The notes under the pieces: generated by a model
What the model was told of the DNA's origin: nothing
What the model saw: the letters and a program-made list of their open reading frames with translations, nothing else
The model's database searches: none
DNA from: the human T2T-CHM13v2.0 reference genome, Homo sapiens
Direction: 5' to 3' (one strand)
Assembly: GCF_009914755.1 (NCBI RefSeq)
Contig: NC_060930.1
DNA length: 64,000 nucleotides
Translations under genes and position numbers: made by a program
In this document: positions 33,355-57,071 of the stretch, piece by piece
How positions within the stretch are numbered: position 1 is the stretch's first letter
Layout of the letters: each line of letters begins with the position of its first letter

Positions 33355-33600
33355 TTTGTTAAAGACTGTCATGCTCGTGGTTCAACAACTTAATTTAAGG
33401 TCCTAATGCGTTTATAAGCTACATGGTCCTTTCCATAGCTCCTTCCCATTGAAAGAGGTACAGTCAATTTAGCAAAAAGCCACCCCCACATGTTTCAGGG
33501 CCACAAGACTGCCTACTAGATTCTAAGAAAAATGGCAAGTCATCCTCTTATCACAGGGTAACTGGTTAATATGTTCCTTTTCAAGGTTGGCATTAAAAGT
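33355..33600 (-). promoter_or_regulatory. GSTA10P: GSTA1/A2-type promoter and exon 1 of the pseudogene
   Basis: Minus strand: GGAACATATTAACC HNF1-like site 33564-33577, TATAAA 33411-33416, exon ending ...gacagtctttaacaaa|ctaagc (GT mutated to CT). Closely resembles the recalled GSTA1 promoter and exon 1. Confidence 0.75.
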
Positions 33601-33787
33601 TTAACAAAATATTTCAGCAGATTTTGCTCTCTTTACAAGTCAGTAGAAACTGGCTTTTTGAAGACACTCACTTTTCATGACTTGGATGTAAGGACTAAAG
33701 CAGATGAGAAATCTCTGCTGGGAGCATAGCTGGGAGGGGATGTCTGTGAAGGGCAGGCTGATGGCACTATGGAAAGCTTCTATTACT

Positions 33788-33977
33788 GGGTTGCCACATA
33801 AAATGCAGGGAACCCAGGAAAATGTGCAGTTCAGGCAAAGAATCAATATCTTTTTAGTATAAGTATGTCCCAAGCACTGTAGGTAACATGATTATACAAA
33901 AAAAGTATTGATTGTTCATCTGAATTTCATATTTACTTGGGTGTCTTGTATTTTATCTGCCAAATCTAGCCACCGTA
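33788..33977. mobile_element. MER53-like palindromic MITE
   Basis: gggttgccacataaaatgcagg ... cttgtattttatctgccaaatctagccacc imperfect inverted ends. Confidence 0.6.
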
Positions 33978-34378
33978 TTTGCATACTTTTTCCTCTCTGC
34001 GTCACTCAGGTTGCCCTTCTTGACCTCTGGGCCTTTGCACATGGTAATTGTCCTGACTGGAATGCACTACTTTCACCTACCATGGTATTTTCTCTACTAT
34101 GTCTTCTTTCCCTACACTGTTTTGACATGATGTATTCAATATCAGCTTCCCCACTAGACCCTGAGTTCCTGAGGGGAAAGCCTTCTTCTTGTTTGATTCC
34201 AGTCCTCATTGTCTGGCACAAAACCTGGTCATTGTAGGAGCTCCTAAAATAAGATAGTTTTTAAATTTACATGGAAGAATTCTAGCAAATACAAAAGTAG
34301 ACAGAATAATATAACTAAGTTGAAAGTACCCATGACCTGGATTCACCGATTGACAAAAGCCTTTCTTCATCTACACCA

Positions 34379-34808
34379 TGCAGTGGGTTATGTTGGCCCC
34401 CACAGAAGATAGGTCCATATCCAAACCCCTGGATCCTGTAAATGTGACCTTATTTGGAAAAAAGCTCTTTGCAGATGAAGTTAAGGAACTTGAGATGAGA
34501 CCATCCTGGTATATTTAAATAGGCCCTAAATCCAGTGAGAAGTGTACCCAAAACAGAGAAGACACAGACACAAAGAGGGTGAGGTGCTGGAAGCCCCATG
34601 CAGAAAGTAGAGTGATGTGGCCAAGATCCAAGGAAGTCCAGAAATGCCAAGAGCCCCCAGAAGCTGTAGGATGCAGGAAAGGATTGTTCTCTAGAGCTTC
34701 CAGGGGAATGTGGACCTCACAACTTGACTTCTGGCCTTCAGAATTTCTATTGTTTCAAGCCACCATGTTTGTAGGAATCTGTGACAGAAGCCACAAGAAA
34801 ACAGTACA
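34379..34808 (+). mobile_element. MLT1 LTR
   Basis: tgtaaatgtgaccttatttggaaa...ctttgcagatg; ends agaaaacagtaca. Confidence 0.75.
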
Positions 34809-36186
34809 AACTTCTACTCCCCCCACTACCAAGGGATTTTTTTGAAACAAATTCCAGACAGCATATCATTTCTTCTGTACATACTACTGTTTATCTCTAG
34901 AAAGGAAGAACTACCTGTTGAAACATAATCACACTATTCTCTTATCATATTAAAATTCTATAATTCCTTAGTTTCATCAAAGCTTCAGCATTCTAGTTCA
35001 TGTAAGTGTCCCATACCCGTAATCACAGCACAGGGGAGCAGACACAGTGGCCCTCAGGTGTTCTTAGAGGCTCACTGGGGCTCTGAGGAGGGCACAGAGG
35101 ACAGCCCAATGCTCCGGAGAAGCAATAGGGTAGATTTAATTGTGATCACTGGGAAGGAGCTTGCCAGGCAGGGCTAGCAAATGCACCCAGGCAGGAAGGC
35201 AAGAGGCTCCACCATGCTCAGAGGGTTGATTGGGCTGGAGATCAAGGAGTGAGGACGGGTGTGAGGATACCTTCTATATGCAGTCAGGACTCACTGCAGA
35301 ATTCTGTGATTTTTTTTTCCAATTTGTATTTTAGAAAAGCTATGCTGGTTGTAAGTGGAGAAGAGACTAGAGCAAAGTGAAGCTGCAGGTAGGAAGCCTG
35401 TGTCTGTCTGCTCCCTCAACCACCTCTGCCAACTGTGGGGAAGCTCATTCTAACAGGAGAGCTCAAATTGCAGAAGCCCAGGTGTCCGAGGGGAGATTAA
35501 CACTATAGGCCCAGTATGTGGGTGGAGCTAGAAAGCACTCCTCATCTAAGAACTCTGGCACAATGACACACCACGGAAAAATGATTTTGCATATAGTAGT
35601 TACTTATATGTAATTCAAATATACCATCTGTATCTTGGCAGCCCAGGCCTGAGTGGCACTGAGGGAACTGAGGGAATGTTCATGACGGTGGCCCCCACAG
35701 AGCCTTAAGGAGCAGAGTGAGGATGAGCCAGGAGCACATGCACTGTAAGGGACAACAGGGTGGCCTGAGAGCAGAGGGTGGGTCTGTTTGCTCTTCAATA
35801 TTTCCTCACCTCCTAGAAAACTGAGGAATCCACAGCAGACAGAATCATTGTTTTGAAAATACAGGAGAAAGAACGCTTTTATCTGAAACAAAATGACTGT
35901 CCAGGAAAAGAAGAAAATGTCTTTATGCCATTACCCAGAATGGTAACTCTTCTCCTGTGCATACCTGAAAATGTCAGGAGCGCATTTCTACATTGACATT
36001 TTAATAGATTGTATGACAAATGTTACAGGATAATTCTTGGTAAAAGTCAAACCATATAACCTACATTTCCCATTTTTACTAAATTTTTAATTTCAAGAAA
36101 GAGGTTAGGAGGAGATTAGAAATCTGAATTCATATCAGATCCTAATGAAAAGGCTTAAATTTTAACTAAGTTAGCAAATAGGAGTT

Positions 36187-36192
36187 TTTATT
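36187..36192 (-). terminator. GSTA3: GSTA3 polyadenylation signal AATAAA
   Basis: tttatt on the plus strand, 135 nt downstream of the stop codon. Confidence 0.75.
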
Positions 36193-36326
36193 ATTTAATT
36201 AGCATATAATTGGAAAGGGTTCATTAGCTTTACAACAGGCACAATCAACACTTAAGTAAAGCACTTCATTGTTGCAAAACTTTAGAATATTGGTCTTGCA
36301 TGTTCTTAGCCTCCATGGCTGCTTTA

Positions 36327-45356
<9,030 letters not shown>

Positions 45357-45946
45357 GGTAACAGTCTCTTGGTTTCTCTAAAATGAATGAATGAATGCAT
45401 GAATGGATGAATGAATGAGTCTAGAGAAGCAAAATGCACGCTAGTATATGAATGGTTGAACAACAGGAGTGTCTTCCTTCCTCATAGCAGGATTGTTTCC
45501 ACCTCTGAATTCTGTTTGCACTAGACAGGTCCAACACCAATGTGACTTCACAGGGTCCCTCTGAGATTCTGAGGCTTTCCTGTGTAAGACCTTTGTTTTC
45601 ATTTATTTATTTTTATGTTGGTAATTATTCCAGGCACTACTGACTTGCATTATGTTCCAACCTAGTTGGTGACTTCATGTGCCTTATAAAAACTATATGT
45701 TCTATTGATATATCTAGTTCTCCCCTCAAGAGTTCCCAAATTATTGAGCTAGAAGGGATCTAGCTAGCCCTTCCTCCAGGTTTGTAATGAATATGTTGAA
45801 CCCCAAAGAAAGTATGTGCAATTTGCCAACTAGCTAGTTAGTGTCAAAGTCTGGATTAGAACCTAGGTCTTCTGACATTCAGACTAGTTTCTTCCTGTTA
45901 TGCCTCATTATTGACTATTTACAGCCTGCAGACGTTACCATTTTTA

Positions 45947-47516
<1,570 letters not shown>

Positions 47517-47751
47517 AGAAGTTACCATTTTTATGTCCCCCACCCCTCAAACTGTGAGCTCCCGGGAAGCAGAGAAGTTGTCATAGTCTTTAAGCACAGT
47601 GTAGTGCATTGCTCAAAGTTCAGTCCGTGCTTTATAGGATATAACATGGCTAGATATCTCAAGAGCAATCTTTTTTTTTTTTTTTGCCATTTGCCTATAG
47701 CGCTCACTGTTTTAGACTACAGTAGCATAGAGTAATTAAAAAACAAACTAG

Positions 47752-48040
<289 letters not shown>

Positions 48041-48428
48041 ATGAAAAAAGCCAAGCTAGGATTATGGCAATAAAATAACCAATCCTAATTATGAAACCCA
48101 CCAATCTGCTGTTTAAAAAGAATTATCAAAGCAACCAAACTCTCCCACATAGTAGAAACATCGTGACTACACAAAAAATATTTTTTTTTAATTGGATAAG
48201 TGCTTTGGCAGGGTAGCCCAGGGTAATATTTCATTTGGCAAATAGAAAGAACTTGCATATAGAAGGAATGTGCATGTTCTGTTGGACAGGGAATATAACA
48301 GCTTAAGAGGGGGTTATTATTATTCTTAGATCTACTTGCCTACTACCCTAAAAGTCCTATATATTTAGATTCACTTGCAATTTTGAGACTTTAAACCCTG
48401 CTCACCCTTTGGTCCCAGATACTTCGAA

Positions 48429-48543
48429 CAAGAAGGAGGAGGAGGAAGAAGAGGCAGAAGAGGAAAAAGAGGAGGAGGAAGAAGAAAGAGGGCAAAGAGA
48501 ACAAAGAGAAGGAGGGAAGAAGGAGGAGAAGAAGAAGGAAAAA
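48429..48543. repeat. GA-rich low-complexity tract
   Basis: (GAG/GAA)n polypurine run. Confidence 0.85.
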
Positions 48544-49135
48544 TAGCATGCTGCTTGGTGCTCAATCACAAAGTCACTTATATAAGCAGTAAACTAATCT
48601 GTGTAAAATCAATGATGGAAGTGTAAATTTAGATCCTGATTGTCAAGCATTGGTGATTGGTTTCCCATTTGGAAGTGCCAGCTCTAGAGGAATACGACCA
48701 TCCAGATGTATTTTCTTTTCATTGATCAAGTGGTGCTCCCAAATGTGTGACCCTGCCAGCTTTAAATCTAGTATAATTGTGTGTTGACTCCTGTGAATCA
48801 CAGGAATGAATCACACGAATACATGTTTTTAATAAACAGCTTTTCCATAAGCAACCTTTGGCATGTGGCCTGGCACTGATGTGGTTGTATTTTCAGATTG
48901 CCCACAATGATACCACTCTTACTTTTCTCATATCATCAAATTCTTTGCCCTTGTTTTCTAAATTGTTGAATATTATTTTTCTTTACCGACCTGTCCTTCA
49001 GGAACTAACAAACAATGCTTAAATTGTCTCCTAAGCACACAGAAAAACAGCAAGAACATAAAGTACTCACACAAACTAACACATTTAAATTTGTTTTTCT
49101 TAGTGAAGTAGACATGAGAACATTTATGAAGATGT

Positions 49136-49352
49136 TTAAGGTCAATACTAACTTGAGTAAAGTCTAGCCGGTCTCCGCTCAGCTTCTCAAGGCCACCTCC
49201 TGATGTGTATGTTAGCTGTTTTAATACTATGACAACTCCTGCCTTCTGAAGGGGGTGGAGTCTAGTTGGGAGCAGCCACTCCCACACCACTTTAGTCTCC
49301 AGAGTTCCATGATCTGCTAGGAAGAAAATGACAGCAATTAATTTCAAGGCTA
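49136..49352. promoter_or_regulatory. GSTA3: GSTA3 promoter with NR5A1/SF-1 motifs
   Basis: TCAAGGCCA 49187-49195, TCAAGGCTA 49344-49352, TTAAGGTCA 49136-49144; TATA-like TATTAAAA (minus) 49219-49226. Confidence 0.6.
49153..49215 (-). other. GSTA3: GSTA3 non-coding exon 1 (5' end approximate)
   Basis: Donor CAA|gttagt at 49153/49152; sits at the position homologous to the A1-type exon 1 at 33355-33390; fits the recalled 5'UTR ...ggctagactttactcaa|agaaaccaagagactgttaccATG. Confidence 0.7.
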
Positions 49353-50129
49353 TCCATAAATGCACAAAAAGATTTCATATCTATTTGGCTGCCTCAGAAG
49401 GTCACTGGGGACCAAGTATCCTGTGAACACTGCTTAAGGAGGATCTTGTTAAATAGGCTGCAGATTTATGACAGATGAGAAAACATTGTGGGGAGAGGAG
49501 GAAAGTGTCATAGGAGAGTCATAGGAGATGTCAGGAAAGGGGACTTGATAAAGAGCATAGGGAGATTGCCTTCTAAATTTGTTTAAAAAGACTAAATTAC
49601 AAATAATGTCACAAAATTTTATAGGCCCAAAGAATCTGGCTGAGTTGTCCTTGCCCTGGGCAGACAAAAGACCTCAGCTGCATTCCCCGAGGTCATTTGC
49701 AGATTTTTCTCTGTGACTTACCAGTTAGCCTTTCTCCCTAGCCCAAGGCTCTGCATGCTGTTTCTCCTATTTGGAGCACTCTTTTCTCCCCTGCTCCAAG
49801 GCATCCTGTGCTTCCTCTATCACATCACTCTTTCTACATTCCGTGCATCATGTCTGCTTTCCCCCTGTTGAGTATGAGCTCCTTGAGGCAGGGCCTCAAG
49901 TCCTGGTGGTTAACCAAGTCCCCGTGGCTAACCACAGTGCCTGGACATAGAAAGGGCTTAATACACGTATATGTAATTTCTACTTTTCTAAAGGAAATTG
50001 TCTGATATACATAAATCTGGAAAGAACACTACAAAGCCTTGATGTACCCATCACCTTGCTTCAAAAATTATTGACAATATTTGAAGCAAATCTCAGACTT
50101 AGTTTTTTTCCTCTATAATCTAATCTGTA

Positions 50130-52690
50130 TCTTTTAAACTTGTGGGTGGGGGAGTTATTTATGTAACAGAAAAATTGCAAAACTAGTACAAGTTTCCCAA
50201 ATACCCCTCACCCAGCATCCGCTAATGTTAACATCTTATGTAACCATAGTACAATGATTGAATCCAGGAATTTAATGTTGATACACTATTGACTAAACTC
50301 CAGGCCTTACTTGAATTTCACCAGTTTTTCAATCAGTATCTTTTTTCTAACCCAGGATCCCATCCAGGACCCCAGCACTGCATTTCGTTGTCACATCTCC
50401 TTAGTTACCTCCAAACTATGGCAGTTCCTCAGTCTTTTCTTGTCTTTCATGATGGTGGCATTTTTGAAGAGTAATGGTCAATTATTTTGTGGAATGTACC
50501 TCAATTTGGGTCTATCTGATGTTTTCTCATGACTCGATTGACGACATACATTTTTTGCAAAATGTCACAGCAGTTGTTCCAGTCTCAGCTGATCATTTCC
50601 ACCCATAATTTCATATCCGAGACATGGTATGTCTTATTAATTTTGATCTTAACCTTAATCCCTTGATTAAAGTAGCGTCTGCCAGGTTCATCAACCGTAA
50701 TATTACTATTTATCCCTTTGGAATTCATAAATATCTTGTGGAAGATACTTTGTGACTATAAAAATAGTCAGTTTCAAAATAAGCTTCTGCTCACTAACTT
50801 TAGCATCCATTATGGATCTTGCCTGCAGCAAATATTACTGTAGTGTTTGTCTAATAGTGACTTTCTATTTCCCTCATTCCATCTACATTTAATAATTCGA
50901 ATTCTTCTGTAAAGAAAAGCTGTCTCTTCTCCTTTATTTATCCTTCCATTCATTCAATTATTTTCTTAGTACAGATTTATAGATATTTTATTCTAAAGGT
51001 TACAATCTAATACCATCGATATCTATTTTATTGCTCAAATTGATCCACCTTTAGCCTGTGGGAGCTCCTTCAGATTGGCTTCTGTGTCTTTTATGGCAAA
51101 CCTCCTCTCTTATTGTGAGTATTTCCAGATACTTTCTGTGCCAAAGATGTTCCAGGCTTATCTTGTCTTGTCTGTGCCCCAGCCTTGAAGTCAACCATTT
51201 CTCCAAAGATCCTTGTTTCCTTTTATTGGGGAAGGTATTTGAAAACTAGGATCTCGGAACTATGTGTACTCATTGCTTCTGGGTTTTCAATGCTTCTAGG
51301 CTCTCCCCAGTGGGAAATATATGTATGTATATTAACCCACACATACATACACTTCTGTATGTATTTATATAGCTATCTGTATAAATATGATAAAAAACCA
51401 TGAGTTCATACAGATACCTACTATTTCAATTCAATAGATTCATTTAGCCGTGTCCTTTCATTTCTAACCTCTCTGACAAGTGAGAAACCTGGCTATGATT
51501 ATCTAAAATATACAATATTTGCATATTTGTTTAATCCTAGTACAAGTAAAATAGTTGCAGAATTACCAATGCATACCTCTGTGAAAAACAAATCTACTAA
51601 CAAGAGTACAGTATTTTTCTTTCCTTCTTTTTTTTTTTTTTTTTTTTTTGGTCTTAAGCCTTACAATATCCAGTCAAAATTGTGGTTTTCTGTGGTTATT
51701 TAGGTCAGTTCTTTTCCCCCCCACCTCCTTCAGTTTGGTAATCTATTCATTTGAAATGCTGTTAGGTTGTTAGTGTTTGTATATTCCACTTTGCGGTTTC
51801 CTTACATCCTGGTTGGTTTTAATTAATTACTTAGTTTTCTGGTATGCAAAACTTTACCATGATTCTAAGAGCCAGAGTTATATGAAAAAGTGTCTTTGGA
51901 GACACTGTCTCTCTCTGTCCCTAATTCCCCATTCCTAGTCCCTCTTTTTCCCACCCATTTCTCACTCATCCCCCTGTAGACAACAAATCTCACTAATTTC
52001 TAACTTTCCCCTTTTGTTTTTCTTTTGCTCAAGTACATATTTCCTTACAACCCCTTCTTTCTTACATAAAGGGCAGCATACCATAATACTTTTTTGCTCT
52101 TTGTTTTGTGTGGTTGTTGGTTCCCCCACCCTTCACTTAATGATAGGTCCTAGAAATCACCACCATCTAAGTTCATAGATGTCTTCCTTTATTTGCTACA
52201 GCTGCAAAATACTCCATCGTATGAATGCATCATAGTTTATGCAAGCACTCTTTATTTATTTATTCATTTTTTTGAGACAAAGTCTCACTCTGTCACCCAG
52301 GCTGGAGTCCAGTGGCATGACCTCGGCTGTCGGCAACCTCTGCCTCCCAGATTCAAGTGATTCTTCTGCCTCAGCCTCCCAAGTAGCTGGGACTATGGAC
52401 TACAGGTGCGCACCACCACGTCTGGCTAATTTTTGTATTTTTATTAGAGACAGAGTTTCACCATATTTGGCCAGGCTGGTCTTGAACACCTGACCGCATG
52501 ATCGGCCCACCTCGGCCCCCCAAAGTGCTGGGATTACAGATGTGAGCCACCATGCCTGGCCTGCAAGCACTCTTGTATGTGTGGACATTTAGGTTGTTTC
52601 TAATGTTTTGGAATTACAAACAATGCTGCAATGAATAACACTGCATATGCATTTTAGTATTGCTGGAGGTATACTTTAGTATGTTTCTTT
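50130..52690 (-). mobile_element. Old L1M (L1MB/MC-like) 3' region, antisense
   Basis: cccgctaatgttaacatctt-like and ggacatttaggttgtttc motifs; absent from the homologous pseudogene upstream region. Confidence 0.6.
52250..52561 (-). mobile_element. AluS
   Basis: Antisense Alu; TSD tgcaagcactctt. Confidence 0.88.
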
Positions 52691-54388
52691 AAAATGTAAG
52701 TGCTTTTTTTCTGGACATCACCATTCTATTCTAACACTAAAAATTTATGTTTCTTAATTTTGTCAAATAACTGCATGCACACTTCCTCAATTGTCTCATA
52801 AAAATTTCTTTGCCATTGGTTTATTTTTGTCAGGACCCACGAAGTCCATACATAGAATTTGAGGGACATTTGTCAGTATGTTTTGCAGAAATGGATGAGA
52901 TACAGAGTAGGGCAGAGGGTGTGGGGATTTGTGAGATCTCAAAGCCCAGCCTCATATCCTCAGTTCCTCAAAATATGCGTGGAGCTGTGCAGGTGTTATT
53001 GTTCATTGGTGGTGCAGGAATGGGGATCCAGCAGGCCATGCCCCACACCAGGAGGTCACAGGACTATTGTGCAGACACAGTGTCCCTCAGGTGTTATTAG
53101 AGGCTCACCAGGACTCTGGGAGGGCACAGAGGAGAGGCCAAAGCTCCCAGAAAGCAATGAGATAGGAGTTAGATGTGGCCAGTGGGAAGGAGCTTGCCAG
53201 GTAGGGCTAGCAAATGCACCCAGGCAGGGAGAAAGGAGGCCTTGCTGTTCCCAAGGGGCTTATTGAGCTGGAGATGACAGAGTGAGGACTGTGGTGAGGA
53301 TGCATCCTGCATGACATGGAGACTCACTGAAGAATTTAAAGAAAGACAGTGATATTCAGATTTGTGTTTGAGCAAACCTACTCTGGTTGTAAGTGAAGAA
53401 GAGACTAGAGCGAAGTGAAGCTGCCAGCAAGGAGACCCACTGGGAGGACCCTGGGGTGGTGGAGATGAGAAACCATGAGGCTCTGACCCACACAGTGGAA
53501 GGAGATGGGACAAGGAAAGAGATATGTGAGGTAGTTAGGAGGTAGAGTTGACACGGCTTGTGTCCCATTCTGTGGGGGGTGTGAGGAGAGAGAGTGGAGA
53601 GTGTGTCCCGGTCACTGGTTAGGACTCCTATAACACAGGCACATCCCATTCATGGAGTGAGACAGGATGGTGTCAACTTCCATACCTGGAGCCAGCCCTG
53701 GGAAGAGCCACTCTGATCCGTTTTCCCCTGGGACAGCAATCCCTCCCACGTCTCTCTGAGATAGAGAAAGGTCTGGGCAACTCTAGTTGGGCACATTAAC
53801 TCCGTTAGGTGTGGCCAGAAGAGTTTAGTGAAATCAGCAACTGAACTGCAGGGCAGGTTTCTGGGAAGATACTCTGCACAGACCTTTTTCCTGGGCATCA
53901 GACCCCCGATCCTGTACATCTGCCTTCTGGCATGTTCACCTACCCACCCCTCAGGCAACTCCAACTGACCCTGTCCCAAACTGAAATCAGGTTTCAAATC
54001 TCAGAGATTAAAGCTCCACACTGTTGGTCCACCCAGTTGCCCAGGCTGGAAATCTGCCATCAACCCTTACTCCCCCATCTCCCTGTGTGTCCTACCATTT
54101 CCTTCTCAATCTCTGTCCAGTCAGCAGGTTGCCCTCTCTTCTGGCCCCAGTGCTGCAGTGTTCTGCACACTGGACTTGGTGTTCTTGGGCCTTCTGCATG
54201 ATTTTCTGGCTCAAAACCTTCAGTGAGCCATTAATGCCCTCAGGGTGAAATCCAAACTCAACAGAGTTTACAAAGCCCTGCATAACCCACCTTCTTTATT
54301 TGTCCAGCCTCATGTTGGCCACTCTTCCTCCCTCACCTAGCCATGCTCACTTTCAGACTTTCTAGCCCTCTTGCCCTCACTGCCTTTA

Positions 54389-54518
54389 CTTTACTACCTG
54401 ATTGGTTGGGTGTGAGCTAAGTTGCAAGCCCCGTGTTTAAAGGTGCATACACTCAACTTCCCAGCTAGGCTTAGGGATTCTTAGTCGGCCTAGGAAATCC
54501 AGCCAGTCCTGTCTCTCA
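54389..54518 (-). mobile_element. HERV-W 3' LTR remnant (first 130 nt of U3)
   Basis: Aligns to 61302-61431, then homology stops. Confidence 0.9.
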
Positions 54519-56444
54519 GTACCCCTTCTCAACAGGAAAACCCAAGTGCTGTTGGGGAGGTTGGCTGATGACTGCTCTAACTGCTTCCTGCTGAATTGGG
54601 GCATACTAGGGGTTGTGCAGTTGAGATTTCTTCAAGAGGGGTGCCTTCAATGTCATTAACATCGAAGCATGGGCTAGCAGGCCAGTCCAGAGGTCTGCGG
54701 TAGATCTTAGCCATGGATTGCATCTGGGGCTCCATTTGAAGAACAATTTTTAGGTTTACAGCTTCGATTCTGGAAGAGACAAACTTAACAAGGCGGTTAA
54801 AGATATAGGGATTGAAATGTATGGCCTGCAGTGCAGGGGATTATTTCTTTGGCACACTTCACAGGCCCTGACTATCTGCTTGATAGTTTTGAAAAGGCCT
54901 GGTCCAGTAAATAATAATTTGGCCATCTGATGGGTGCTATCAATGCCTAAGTGAAAGGTTTGGTGAAGGGTTTTAAGTAATTTCTGTTGGTTAGCTGCAG
55001 GCAAAAGTATTTTTCCTTCTTCAGTGGCTAGCCATCCTGAGGGGAGGAAACTATGTCCTTGTGAGGTTCCCCATTCTATTTCTTCTTCTGAGTACTGGGG
55101 CTTCATTTCCCAGAAGGGATTACCCCATACTAGAAGTCTTTCTATAAGCATTTCTAATAGAGAGTCCTGCCTTGCAGCTCTTTTGGCTTCAATATCTGCT
55201 TGGCGGTTCCCTTCTATTTCTCTTTCCTTTCCAATGACCCTGGCAGTGTAAGACTGCCACCTGTTTAGGTTTCTGTACAGCCAATAATAATCTCCTAATG
55301 GCTTCCTGATGTTTGATAGGTGTTCCCTCGGAAGTTAGGAATTCCCTTTCTCTCCATATTGCTGCGTGGGCATGGAGGACTAGGTAAGCATACTTAGATC
55401 CTGTATATATGTTTACCCTTTCTCCTTCTTCTAATGCTAGTGCCCAAGTGAGGGCTATTAGTTCTGCCAGCTGAGCACTAGTTCCTGGAGTGAGGGGATT
55501 ACTTTGAAGTATTCCATTATCACTGACCACTGCATACCCCGCTTTTTGAAGTCCTTTTTTCTACAAAGGAACTTCCATCAGTATACAAGCTGAGGTCAGG
55601 ATCAGTCAAGGGAACCTCTAAAAGGTCCCCTCAAGTGGCGTATATTTGAGCAATTACTTGTTGACAGTTATGTTCTATCTTTTCTTCATTGTCTGGGAGA
55701 AATGTGGCTGGGTTAAGAGTTGCACAAGTGCACAGTCACAGCACTGGCCCTACAAGTAATAGAGCCTGATATTTAAGTAAATGGTTGTCTGACAGCCACA
55801 AGTCTCCTTTAGCAGTGAGTATGCCATTCACATCATGAGATGTCCACACAGTAAGATCTCTTCCCTGTATTATTTTAACTTCTTCAGGTACTAAGACTGC
55901 TACTGCTGCCACTACCCATAAACAATGAGGCCAACCCTTGGCCACTACATCAATTTCCTTACTCAGGTATGCCACAGGTTGCAAGCTCATCCTTCAGACC
56001 GGTGTAAGGCCTCCTAGAGCTATTCCTGTTTTTTCTGTGACATATAAAGAAAAGTCTTGCCCCATTGGCAAACTTAACTGGGGCTTGGTTTAGGGCCTTC
56101 TTTAGGGCCTGGAAAGCCACTTCTGCTTCAGGTGTCCATCTTACTAAATGGGCATTGGCTTTCTGAGTTTTCCTAATTAGTGTATATAATGACCTGGCTA
56201 TTTCACTGTACCTGGGAATCCATATTCGGCAGAAGCCTGTTATGCCAAGGAACGCTCTTAGTTGCTTTAGTGTTCTGGGATAAGGATAAGCCAGTATAGG
56301 CTGGATACATTTCTCACTGAGGGCCCTGGTGCCTTTGGACAATTTTAGCCCTAAGTATTTAACCTGCTGTGAGCAGAGCTGAGCCTTTGGTTTGGAAACC
56401 TTGTAGCCACAGGTGGCGAGGAAATTTAAGAGCACTTGGGTGGC

Positions 56445-57071
<627 letters not shown>

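Noticed and set aside
48973-49365. 130-aa ORF over the GSTA3 promoter
   Set aside because: No recognisable domain; it crosses the exon 1 donor and is probably a chance ORF.
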